A stretch of DNA of 64,000 bases from Octopus bimaculoides (Eukaryota). A model generated the notes under the pieces. The model was given only the letters and a program-made list of their open reading frames with translations, was not told the origin of the DNA and did not search any database. Below, piece after piece: positions 37,527 through 50,186 of this stretch. The stretch lies in assembly GCF_001194135.2 (NCBI RefSeq), contig NC_068986.1, positions 1,632,175 to 1,696,174 on the forward strand, given 5' to 3'. Positions within the stretch are counted from its first letter, which is position 1; every line of letters starts with the position of its first letter. Made by a program: the position numbers and the translations under genes.

Positions 37527-37993
37527 TTAATGCTTTAGCATTTAGATTACTCTGTCAAATGTACTACTTATTTATCCATACTGTTTTGAATTCATTATGT
37601 ATTATCATGAAGCTTTGAGATTTCAATGATGTAATTGTTTATTTTCAGAATGATATTGTATGACAGGTATGAGGGGCTGGATTTGGCCAGTGTGAATGTA
37701 AAACAGGTATCATACTTGGGCTGGATTTGGCCAGTGTGAATGTAAAACAGGTATCCTATTTGGGCTGGATATGGCTGGTCTAAATGCTAAAGGGTTAATG
37801 CTTTAGCATTCAGATTATTCTGCCAAATGTACTATTCATTGACTCCCATTGCTTTGAATTAATCATGCATTATCTCACTGCTTCAACATTTCAATAATGT
37901 CTAGGTATGAGAAGCTAGGTGTGGCCCGTTTGAACATAAAGGCAAGTAAAATATTCGTTCCAGATATGGGCAGTTTAAATGCTAAAGGCATAA
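37527..37993 (+). mobile_element. Two piggyBac-like MITEs head-to-tail sharing a TTAA
   Basis: TTAA(37527)tgctttagcattt ... aaatgctaaaggg TTAA(37795) tgctttagcatt ... aaatgctaaaggcataa. Copy 1 has a 44-bp internal duplication (37674-37717 / 37718-37761). Confidence 0.75.
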
Positions 37994-38644
37994 ACTGCTT
38001 GGAAATCCAGATAAGTTACAGCTTCATGAGCCTGCAAGCTCAGAGTAAAGCGATCACTATGCAAATCAGATTTTTAAGTTTAGTGAAATCTTTTATAGTA
38101 ATAAACACTACAAAGACTACTTCGCACTTGTCTGTCTACAGACACTGATGGGTAGCAGACTTGATAGTGTTGACCCAAATGAAATCCAAACCAGTCAGAA
38201 TGGCCTCCCACTACCATCACCACAGTGCCACACAGTGGGACTGAACCATGATCCATGTGGTTGGGAAGCAAGCTTCTTATCATACAGCCATGCCTGCACT
38301 TATACATGTTGTATGTATACTCCTCAAGTATTGGGGTGGATTTACTTAGGTATACTCGGTAATCTTAGTTAATTGTTATCATCATTAATTTATCCCCTGA
38401 GGTAGTGAATTAGTAGAATTTTTTGTCCATTAGAAAAAATACTTAAGGTATTTCTTCTAGCTCTTTATGTTTCAAGTTCAAATGCTGCCAAGGTCAACTT
38501 TATCTTTCATCCTTTTGGGGTTGATAAAATAAGCACCAGTGGAACACTGGGAGTCGGGAAATAGACTTACCTGCTTCCCTTAAAATTACTGGCTTTGAGC
38601 CAAAATGTGACACCATTATTACTATTAAAAAACATAGATACAAG

Positions 38645-38791
38645 CATTGCTGTGTGGAAAGAAGTTTGCTTCCCAATCACATGGTTCCAGATTTAGTCCC
38701 ACTGCATGGCACCATAGGCAAGTGTTTTCTATTATAGCCCCAGGCTGACCAAAGTCTTGTGAGTTGATTTGGAACAAAAAACTGAAAATAG

Positions 38792-38823
<32 letters not shown>

Positions 38824-39040
38824 ATGTGTTTATCCCCTACCTCTGCTTGACAACCAGTGTTGGTTTGTTTACATCAGTGTAACTTTGTGGTTCAACAAAA
38901 GAGATTGATAGAATAAATACTAGACTTTAAAAAAAAGTAAGTACTGGGGCAAATTTGTTCAACTAAAACCTTTCAAGGTGGTGCTCCAGCATGGCTCTGT
39001 CCAATGACTGAAACAAGTGAAAGATAAATGATAAAAGATA
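38645..39040 (+). mobile_element. Composite SINE A/C, full length, + strand
   Basis: Head ttgctgtgtgg...gatttagtccc, internal (GT)n, tail ccaatgactgaaacaagtgaaagata. Confidence 0.85.
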
Positions 39041-39371
39041 TACTTATATCTGTCCCAGTGTATCTTTCTCACGCCACTGGTGCATACCTCCCCCTACATC
39101 TACCAACCCCAAACACCACCATCACCACTACCTCCTTTAGTTCTCTAATGTAATTATAATAGGATGAATGGAAGTAGCTTCCATCCAACTATGTATATGA
39201 GACAAGGTGAAAATGTGAGAGCTGTAGTTTATAAATATCAATTTAGCTTGCCTCCCTCGGAGAGAAAAGCTAACACATGGCATCCGATAAAAATGTAGAT
39301 CTTCATGACAGCACTGTCGTGAATTTCAAATCGATATTTTCAAGTAAAGACAGAAAAGAAAACCCAAGCCC

Positions 39372-39679
39372 NNNNNNNNNNNNNNNNNNNNNNNNNNNNN
39401 NNNNNNNNNNNNNNNNNNNNNNNNNNNNNNNNNNNNNNNNNNNNNNNNNNNNNNNNNNNNNNNNNNNNNNNNNNNNNNNNNNNNNNNNNNNNNNNNNNNN
39501 NNNNNNNNNNNNNNNNNNNNNNNNNNNNNNNNNNNNNNNNNNNNNNNNNNNNNNNNNNNNNNNNNNNNNNNNNNNNNNNNNNNNNNNNNNNNNNNNNNNN
39601 NNNNNNNNNNNNNNNNNNNNNNNNNNNNNNNNNNNNNNNNNNNNNNNNNNNNNNNNNNNNNNNNNNNNNNNNNNNNNNN
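39372..39679. other. Assembly gap (308 N); others at 8425-8434, 9663-9672, 26142-26241, 35569-35668, ~48714-48723, 49715-49835, 57597-57670
   Basis: N runs in the sequence. All are flanked by microsatellite or SINE sequence on at least one side. Confidence 0.97.
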
Positions 39680-39726
<47 letters not shown>

Positions 39727-40400
39727 TGTGTGTGCGTGAGAGAGAGAGCGTGTGTGTGAGAGAGAGAGTGTGTGTGTGAGAGAGAGTGTGTGTGTGAGAG
39801 AGTGTGTGTGTGTGTGTGAGAGAGAGTGAGTGTGTGCATGTGTGTGTGTGTGTTGCATGTAAATATGTATGTATATTAAATATATTTATGTGCGTACATT
39901 TGTGTATATAATGTGTATGTGTGTATGTATGTAATAATATTTCTATATAGATATTGTGTTTATATGTGTCTATGTACGATGTGTACCTGTATGTGTGTGT
40001 GTGTGTAAATATATTTGAGTATAAAATACGTGGATGCATATATTTGCCTATATATAATGTTTGTGTGAGTATATTTGTCTATGAAGTATTGTGTATGTAT
40101 AATTGTATATATAATGGGTGGGTGTGTGCATGTGCATACATGTGTGAGTGTGTATGTGCATATTTGTGAATATATCTGTATAAGAAATATATATGCGCAT
40201 ATATTTGTGTGTATGTATGTGTGTTTGTGTGTTATGTGTTTATTTGTATTTGTTTTAAGTTTTGAAAAAGTCTACAAAACCCCCCACTAGAATTATATTA
40301 GTGGATTATCTGACAATGGATTACTGACAATGACTCAGACTCTACTGTAATAATACAAAGTAAATTGGATGAGAAGGATGTATGCAAATATATGTCGGTA

Positions 40401-40448
<48 letters not shown>

Positions 40449-40831
40449 TATTTATGTGTGTCTGGGAGTCTAAATACATATGGACAAGAGCATATGTTCA
40501 TACATGCAATCTTTTAAAAAAATAGATTTATAAACACACGCACGCACAAACACACATAAATATGCATAAATATATATATGTCTATAGATATATACACTTA
40601 TACATACATAGGTAGTTATATATAAATGTTCATATGTACATGCATATGTATGCATATCTATCTATCTATCAATCTATCTATATATATATATATATACATA
40701 CATACATACATAAATATATATACATACATACATATACATACATACATACATATACATACATACATACATACATATACATACATACATATACATACATACA
40801 TATACATATACATACATATACATATACATAC

Positions 40832-40902
<71 letters not shown>

Positions 40903-41180
40903 CATATGTATGTATCTGGCACCATGGGTGCCAGAGGATTAGCAAATAATTGAATTTTCCAGATATCTGATTATCACATTTTAAATTACCATAGCACCTT
41001 ACAATACTCATTAAAACTTCCAGTATGCATCAGTATCATCATTCATATTTTGAATTTAGTAGAAATGAGAGAAATAGGTAGATATAAAAATCATAATTTG
41101 AGTGAAGAACAAGTTTCATTAACTTGATAAGATATAAGTATTGTAAATATAAAGTAAAATAATATACAATACTGTTCTTT

Positions 41181-41564
41181 GAAAAGTGTAACTACCCTAG
41201 CTGCAGAGTTTGTGTTATCATCATTGGGAGCTCAACATGATTTTAATCAGGGAAAACGTTTACCATAAAAAGTAATTTCACTTGCTCATCAAGAAATTTA
41301 TGTTATCAAATGTGTATAATGAAGACTATGTAGCACAAACAGGATTAACTCTGAGGCATGGAATGACATTCCACCATCAACAGATACAAATGTTAGTACC
41401 AGAAAAATATCCATTAACAAACATCTGGATCTTCACCCAACAAATGACCCAAATACCAAATTTTCCCTTTGTTTCTCTGTACTAGGAACATCTCAGTTCA
41501 ATTCCAAATAGATAAAGAAAATATGTTTATTAAGAACTATAGACCTACATTAAATATTTTATAA
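41181..41564 (+). mobile_element. Penelope-like (Neptune-type) GIY-YIG endonuclease relic
   Basis: With frameshifts it reads EKCNYPSCRVC...KTFTIKSNFTCSSRNL / IYVIKC / NEDYVAQTGLTLRHGMTFHHQQI / ...KENMFIKNYRPTLNIL*. This shows the Cys cluster, FTC.S.N.IY.I.C, the YVGQT-like motif and the typical C-terminus. Confidence 0.85.
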
Positions 41565-42245
41565 CATTATAAAAAAAAAAAACACAGTATATTTTTACTC
41601 TACTACACAACTAGAAACAACAAAAATAATAAAATAAAATTGTTGAGGTAATGGGCTTCCTCCAGAATACGAAGCCCTAACTTCAAACAACTATGTAATT
41701 ACATTTTTTTGACACTCTTTACTGACATCACCCAAAGAATGACCAACAAGATTATGCTTTTGGTTAAAATTAGATTCTGAGTAAAAAGAAAAGAACAACT
41801 GGAACATCAGAGAAACAAGTGATGTCTTAAGAGAGTCAGCCAATGGGAACTTTAGACTACTGTCAGCCAAAAGCAAGTGACCAGAACATTTGATAAACAA
41901 CTAACATCCACAGACAGTTAACCAACCAGAACAATAACAAGTGACTAGAATGGATGATAAACAAATGGTATCCCCATGCAGTCAGCCAAATAGAAAGCTG
42001 AGTCACAAGCAGACAAAAACAAATTATGTCATCAGTAGGTATCCAGTCAAAACTTGAATATATATATCTTAAAACCTACAAATATACAACAATATTAGTT
42101 GAAAAGATAGTCCAAGTTCCTTAATTGAATGAGTAAAGCAAACGATGAGCAATTCTTCCTCACACTATATGACAGAGCTAACAAAAAATTAAAAAACTTT
42201 TTCATATACCTCAAAATCTTCATCATATCTAATTGCTAACATAAT

Positions 42246-42450
42246 TTATTGCTATGAAACTTATTGAGTTCTCAAATTTCTATCATGTATTATTGCTATG
42301 TAAAAACATCTCAAACATTTCAACTTTCACCATTTCTTATTGCTGTGAAACTTACTGAACATTTGAATTTTCATCAAGTAATTTTGCTGTGAAATTTATT
42401 GAACATTTGATTTTTCAGCTTCTTTTATTGCTATGAAACATTTTCTGATG
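42246..42450. repeat. Degenerate ~40-50-bp minisatellite
   Basis: About 5 units starting ttattgct(a/g)tgaaac/ttttgctgtgaaat. Confidence 0.7.
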
Positions 42451-42694
42451 CACTCTCTTTCCTTTCAATTTTCATCTATTTTTTCTTTTTTTTTTTCATT
42501 TACAATTGAAAAACAAAAAGATTGTTGAATCTTGCACAGGATTTTAATAAATTAATAAACTGTAGAAAAAAAAAAAAGGGAAAGCTAAAATTCATTTTAA
42601 GACTCATGTGCATTTTCATCTCTGGTTCCAAACCCATTTCTTTATGTTCTCATTCATATGGAACTAAACCTCTTCATCCATGGAAATGCTGCTG

Positions 42695-42739
<45 letters not shown>

Positions 42740-43127
42740 TCAGATAGAAAGGAGAATAACTCCCTGTACAGAACAACAAATTAGCACTCTAATTAATAGA
42801 GCAACATGAAATATAGAGATTAATAGAAAGAGAACAAATTTCAGGAGTCAGAGTCCATTTCATCAATATATTTCCCAACATCAGAACACTTCATAAAAAT
42901 ATACGTAAATAAAAATATGTAGATACAATATAAAATATAAAACATAAATATGCTCACATGACATTGTATGAAATTGTATTTTGGTGTTTGGAATCAATGA
43001 GAAAGTTATGTACAGTCAAAACTGCATTAATTGAAATTATCAAATGGACGAAAAGGTAGTTCAAAAGGATATTAAGAGGAATCCATAGGTAAATCCAGTG
43101 GTATATATATATATATATATATATATA

Positions 43128-43339
43128 TGAGGGGGGTGCTGTTCCTAGCTTAAAGAGTATTGCAAAGGCCTGGTTGGGGGCCCAACCTTCCAAGTTCTTT
43201 TACAAGGTTTAGAGAAACTGAAGGACCACTGCAATAAGTGTGTGAATCTGAGAGGGGAATATGTTGAATAAAATCATAATTACCTGATCCTCCTGTATTT
43301 TCTTTTACCCAAAGCCAGGAATTTTTTAGCACTCACTCA
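43128..43339 (+). mobile_element. Internally deleted mini-mariner
   Basis: TA|tgaggggggtgct..gttcctagct and agccaggaattttttagcactcactca form an imperfect TIR of TACGAGGGG type. The interior keeps the transposase end GLEKLKDHCNKCVNLRGEYVE*. Confidence 0.8.
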
Positions 43340-43534
43340 TGTGTATATATGGGTTTGTGCCTGATGACTGTGCTGAGATGTCAGACATGTTATGATACAA
43401 TGCTTGGCATATTCTCAGCACAAGAACCTATTAGTAGCACATAAAAACAACATGTATTGTGTCTATTAAATAATATTTATCTCTCACCAGAAGGAGCACT
43501 TCTTTTGTTGACCTTAACATCACGGAACAGTACA

Positions 43535-43616
<82 letters not shown>

Positions 43617-44519
43617 TCACACATGTAATGATGTGATGTTATGCAGAACCAAGCATTCACAGAACCAGAAAATTTTCAAAAATTACTGGTCTTAAATCAT
43701 TTCTATGAGCTGCCAAAGGCAAAGAAACTGAAATTTTCTCCTGAAATACCATTTATATTAAAATTGTTCACTGTACTTATTATATGTATTTTGTTATTTA
43801 AAAAGAAATTTCTCAATTATTCTTTCTATAAAAAAAAGTGGGAATGGAGAGAAGATGAAGTCATTTTAAGGGTTTCACTATTTTTTGGCAGAGTATTTAT
43901 TTACTTATTTATTTATACATTTGTTTATTATGTTTGGTCAGGGTGGGGGGCAAGCTATTTACTTACCCATTTTCATAAATACTACATTATTTTATGTTTT
44001 TTCCTTTAATTTCTCTTTTTTGTAATCTAATTCAAGCAACTGTATTTGTTTCAAAAATAGTAAGAAGTGAATGGAATTACTAAACTTCAGAAAAAAAAAA
44101 TGTTAATGGAAATGGTGTTTATTATTGAGAATATTAATAATAATAAACAAAATTCTTCAATTTGAAACACTCTCACAAAATGCTTTTATCTTTAGATTAT
44201 CAATACTAAATCACAAACATAATAAGCCACATACAAACTCTCACAACCTCACATGCTCATACACACACAAACACACACTCATGTGTATATATTATTTCAT
44301 TTCATGCCCATTTTCCATACTAGCATGGATGGGTGAGAAGCTTGCTTCCTGACCACATGGTTCCAGGTTCAGTCCCACTGCATATATATTTATACTTTCA
44401 CTTTTTGCTTTAGGTGCCTATTAAGTGATGAAGAAGCATAGACATTCACCCATCCTCCTCACCATTGACTCAGCAGAACATCCTAGATATGAGAATTGGG
44501 GAGAAACAGGTTTGCACTC

Positions 44520-44665
44520 AGCATCCAGTTGAGCAAACTGCGGCAACAGGAAATGAAGTGCCTTGCTCAAGGACACAATGCACTGCCAGGACTAAGGATT
44601 GAATCCAGGACCTTAATTATGAACATGAGCTGAACACTCTAACCATTAGGCCATATACCTCCCCA
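44520..44665 (-). mobile_element. SINE family H 5' part
   Basis: Minus strand A-box TGGCCTAATGG, B-box GGATTCAATCC, then ttgtgtccttgagcaaggcacttcattt. Confidence 0.75.
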
Positions 44666-47289
44666 TGTTTATTATGTATTAGTATTTCAATCTTTACTGC
44701 ATGGGAACCAGATATACTCAGTTCCATGCTTGTGCACATGAGACACAGGGATGGAATTATCTCATTTTTGATAATGGTGTACTTTCTGGAATTCCTGATA
44801 TTTCATATGACGCAGTACATATATTTCATTCTTACTGGCCAAGAGAAAGAACTTACAAGAATTGATTTGTATTTGATTAACATATTACATCACCTGCAGA
44901 AATTTAATCAGTGCAGTGACAGCTAAATGCAACAATGCTGTGCCATTTCTGAAGCAGTGCCAGCTGTACATCTGAGGCACTGCTGCTGCAGGAACTCGGT
45001 TGCCAAATAGTTCCACACAATGCACATATTAGAATATAAGAGTTTTGCAGCCAGCTTTCCTCTTGGTAATCCAATGACTATCAGAAACCCTGATTTCTAA
45101 AATCCATATTAGAAAAGGAATGGGTGTGACAACATTTAACTAAGTATCTATAGCGTTCGCTATTCATTCAGTCGCTCTGAATGAAATATGATACTTCTGA
45201 GAGTGGTTCTTTAATGTTTAAGATATGTATAGTCTATAATTTGATTTTGTGACCATTGTTATATAATTCTAATAAAAGTGAAAATATTAAAGATGAATTT
45301 AGCAACTTTGATTCGTGTCTGTTTATCTGGCTGTCAGTCTAATCTATTCATTGTCATCTTTATTGTTTTCCTGCTATTCCAAGTGAAGGCATTGGAGGGT
45401 TTTTGTTTCACTTCTGTTCACATTTCTCTCTCTCTCTCTCTCTCATTTATCCCAGGCTTCTCTCTGTCTCTTCTGTTCTTTTTATTCATTTAGCTTCATT
45501 ATTTGTATCTATCTATCTATATCGTAATTTTTTCCCTATTAATCTTACATTTTCTTTATTATTCTTATTTCCATTTCTATGAATCCATACATCTCATGGC
45601 ATCTATCTTCCTTTCCATCCATTTCAATGTTATATCTATTTCCAGACATTTATCCTGGCCTCTTCCACCATCCACCATCTTCAGACCATCAATAACCAAA
45701 CTTTCAATTTCATTGTTGCTAGGCCAAATACATGATTACATTTTGAATCCAAAAACTCAATTTCTCACAAAATGTGTCAAAATGTCTGCCATGTAAAAAA
45801 CAAAAATCAAAACCAGAAAAAAAGGAAAAGAAAAAAGAATGAAAGAGTGACCAGTTAGTTCAAAACGGAATATTTCAAGGTCTGTGGCATAGAAGAAACC
45901 TTATTATTAGCACTGTCATGCTGCTAAAGACTAGATCTTTATATTCACTTATACATAATTATTTATTCCCCTTCTGACTTTCCTGTAAATGTAAGGAGTC
46001 CTTCTAAGTTTTAAACAGTTTTAGTCTTGTTTTTTTAGTTTTTGTTTCAATATTTTTTTTTCTGTCAGTGTGTTATGAAGACACTGTAAGCGAGAGATGT
46101 CAAAATCTCAATCAAATATTAAAAACAAACCCCAAAAAAACACTAGAAAACATACATAACAATTTCACAGGAATAAATACATAATTGTATTAGGACAATG
46201 TTTACTGGATACACAAATTCACTTACTGGACTCAATTCCTTATTCATTGACAACCTGTGCTGTTTCTTTCCTTACACACCAAACAAGGGATAAAAAAAGA
46301 TTCCATTTCATTTCTCCAGCATAACCACACTTCCTACACTTCCCATTCATTCTCAATGACCGTTAGGTGCAGTTTAAAATCACATCTATCACATTTGGTT
46401 CAATGAAGGCACACAACTCAAGGAGGTGATTGACTCTGAACACCTTGGGTCCTATATTGTACATAATAAGAAAGATTTCCTTACACACTAGGGACGAGCC
46501 TGGAGTACCTGTAATAAGTTGTAAGGATGTAAACACACCAGCAAATTACTCTGTAATCAGCAGCCTGGCAAGTTAATCTCTCAAACATTGTTCTGTTATA
46601 CTCAAGTTAATTTAATACATGGGGAAATTTTAATTTCAATCTCATAATTTAAATATCATTCTTAAGTAATGCAAAGAATACAGAAAACAGATTTTTTTTT
46701 TTTACATTTATGAATTTGTTTTGCAAGATTCTTGATGTGGAATCTTGTGTTCAAACAGATAGTTATATTTTGGAATGGTAATTTGTTTTCTTGCCCAATA
46801 AACACACACACTATAAGCACATGCACTACCTATTCATTCTTCACTCGTTTATTATTGTTCTTATTTTATCCTATGGCCATTGTCTGGAAATCTTTCGTCA
46901 CCCATCTCTGTATCCTCTTCAGTGACTCTTCTATTCCATATGTGTCCTCCTGTTCTGTTTAGTCCATTCTGTCAGATTATTTTTTCTTGGTCTGATTCCA
47001 TTCCTGCTTGGAGTTATTGCACTCCACGACAAGTTAGAAGACCAATTCTTGCTCTAATAATTTATTTTCAGTTTGGTTTCTTAGACTGAATGCCTTTTTT
47101 TGCACCATCTACTTTAAACATTGTTCCAGGTGCATTTTATCATGGCAACAGTAGAACAGAGGTAGCAGAATTAGGGAGCCCTCTTTACTCTATATCAAAG
47201 AGTCCTTTTACTCTACATTAGGGAGTTTCTTCTACAGTTGAATCCATACTCTATTCTTTCAAGGCAAACACAACCATGGTTGTAAACAG

Positions 47290-47323
<34 letters not shown>

Positions 47324-47851
47324 AAAAGCAATGACCAAAAGCATGTATGAATATGAGTGTTGTGGTGGTGGTGGTGGGGAAACATGACAGGAGTGGGAGG
47401 ATGATAGGAGAGGAAGTTATGGAAAGGAGACTAAAGGCAGCATCTCTTTAAATTCTCCAAGATTTCCTTTACACATGAAATAGTTTCTTCTTTTCATGAG
47501 TATTTTTTCTTGATTTAGTGAACAAAACTAATTTTTCAAGTTGTCTTTAAAATATTTTTCATGACTAATTTGGAATTCAAATTCTCTTGTGTAAAGAATT
47601 TTTTACAACTCTATCTGATTATAGTTGGAACAGACATTTCACATCATTTCATCATTTCCTGCATAATTCTAAATCATTTTGAAATCACAATCATTTCTAT
47701 GTATATAGGAATGCATCATCATCATCATCATCATCATCATTTAACAAGTATGTCAGCATGTATGTATGTACATAAGTATGTATGTGTATGTGTATGTATG
47801 CACACATACACACACACATATATATATATATGTAATGAGACTCAAAAGCTA

Positions 47852-47919
<68 letters not shown>

Positions 47920-48449
47920 TTACTTAACAGTTTAAAGCAGGTGATGCTTATCTCCATCCATACTGAACTGAGTTAACCATTATCTGAAAACAGAAATTTC
48001 AGAAAACCTAACTTTAGACAGACATTTCTGCAGACTGATGCTATATCTGGCATGGGTTGGTGTAAATAAAGAATCGGTGTGCAGCACCAAGATCCTGCTT
48101 CCAACAGACAAAGTTTCTGTTGATATGTAACAACCTTCTTAACCAAAAACTTGTTACTTTTATGCTTAGTCAGAAGAAAAGTCTGTGAACGACTTGTGAT
48201 GCTAAGATCTCTGTATCTTATACTTACTTCAAACAACTCTGGTGACACAACTCAAGATTATTTAGTGTTTCATATTTAACAGTCTCCAAATTATAAGTCT
48301 TTTTGTTACAGGGAAGCAGTAGACCACTTATGCTTGATAATATCTTCCCTTTTTATCTCTTTTTTAAACATTCTAGCATGAAGTTATCATTTATATTGCT
48401 TATCTTTTACTTGTTTAAGTCACTGGACAAGGGGACACACATACACTCT

Positions 48450-48669
48450 CTCTTACTCTTTACTCTTTCACGTGTTTCAGTCATTTGACTGCGGCCATGC
48501 TGGAGCACCGCCTTTTGTCGAGCAAATCGACCCCAGGACTTATTCTTTGTAAGCCTAGTACTTATTCTATCGGGGTCTTTTGCCGAATCGCTAAGTTACG
48601 GGTACGTAAACACATGACCATCGGTTGTCAAGCAATGTTGGGGGGACAAACACAGACACACACACACAC

Positions 48670-48713
<44 letters not shown>

Positions 48714-48753
48714 NNNNNNNNNNGGGGGGACAAACACAGACACACACACACAC

Positions 48754-48797
<44 letters not shown>

Positions 48798-49385
48798 TAC
48801 GATGGGCTTCTTTCAGTTTCCGCCTACCAAATCCACTCACAAGGCTTTGGTCGGCCCGAGGCCATAGTAGAAGACACTTGCCCAAGGTGCCACGCAGTGG
48901 GACTGAACCCGAAACCATGTGGTTGGTAAGCAAGCTACTTACCACACAGCCACTTCTGCACCACATATATTCTTTTATTTTTTTTTACTTGTTTCAGTCA
49001 TCTGACTGTGGCCATGATGAAGCACCACCTTGAAGGGTTTTGGTCAAACAAATCGACCCCCACCCCAGGACTAATTTTTAAAGCCCAGTACTTAGTCTAT
49101 TGGTCTCTTTCCTGAACCTCTAAGTTATGAGGATGTAAAAACCCCAACACTAGTTGTCAAGCAGCTGTAGGTGACAAACATAGACACAAAGAAACACACA
49201 TAAATATATACAGATATATGACAGGCTTCATTCAGTTTCTGTGTAGCGAATCCACTCACAAGTCTTTGATTTGCCTGAGGCTATAGCAGAAGACACTTTC
49301 CCATGATGTCACACAGTGGGACTGAACACAAAACCATGAGATTAGGAAGCAAGCTTCTTATCATACGGCCACACCTGCACCTAAA
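48450..49385 (-). mobile_element. Tandem pair of composite SINE A/C
   Basis: Copy 1 at about 48450-48955 is young and has a (ttttactc)n-type tail. Copy 2 at about 48975-49385 is more diverged. Further C-only parts lie at about 38180, 50185, 59120 and 59880. Confidence 0.9.
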
Positions 49386-50153
49386 AATATTCTGTACATT
49401 GGCTGAAAACAAATATCAGCTGCCCACATATATGTATATATTTTCATAATTCTCAATTTTAATATATATTTTGAACTAGCATACAGCAGCAACTGAGACT
49501 ACATATTGGATTGTAACAATGAAATAAGCAGACGTGCTTCATGAGAAAACAGCTGGGATTTACCCTAACTACCTACATAATTATATATATATATATATAT
49601 ATATATTTAAATATATATATACATAGGTGTGTGTGCGTGAGTGTATATGTATGTATATATATACATATATATGTATATATATGTATGTGTGTGTATGCAT
49701 ATATATATATATGCNNNNNNNNNNNNNNNNNNNNNNNNNNNNNNNNNNNNNNNNNNNNNNNNNNNNNNNNNNNNNNNNNNNNNNNNNNNNNNNNNNNNNN
49801 NNNNNNNNNNNNNNNNNNNNNNNNNNNNNNNNNNNAAATGGAAGTGGAGAGACAAGTTACTGAAGAGATTGCAAGAGTGCAATGAAATAATTTAACAAAA
49901 AACTATATAAATTAATAAAGGACTGAACCAGTGCGTGTGTTTATTACCGGCATAATGCCTCTCCCAAGGTTTAATTGTATATTATTAATATTTATCGGGG
50001 AATAGGAAGCAACAGAGTGACTTAAAGACTGAGAGTTTCACACATTAACATTTATCAAAGCTTCATGAGTATTAATGCCAGAAACTCTCACCCCTTGAGT
50101 CACTCTGTTGTTTCTGCCAGATATTAATGAAAATAATATATATATAGTCTAGC

Positions 50154-50186
<33 letters not shown>

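Noticed and set aside
44857-44893. Minus-strand exon-like segment with a GTAAGT donor
   Set aside because: Stops in all frames.
46850-47050. Minus peptide SLKRIQRWVTK resembling the CR1 motif LERVQRRATK
   Set aside because: A single short motif with no collinear upstream match.
48640-48790. Apparent duplication of gggggacaaacacagac(ac)n(ta)n
   Set aside because: The two copies flank a ~10-N gap, so this is most likely a contig-overlap artefact.
50030-50090. 10-bp inverted repeat tgagagtttc/gaaactctca suggesting a type III hammerhead
   Set aside because: The core reads cttcatga rather than CUGANGA, and there is no stem I or II.
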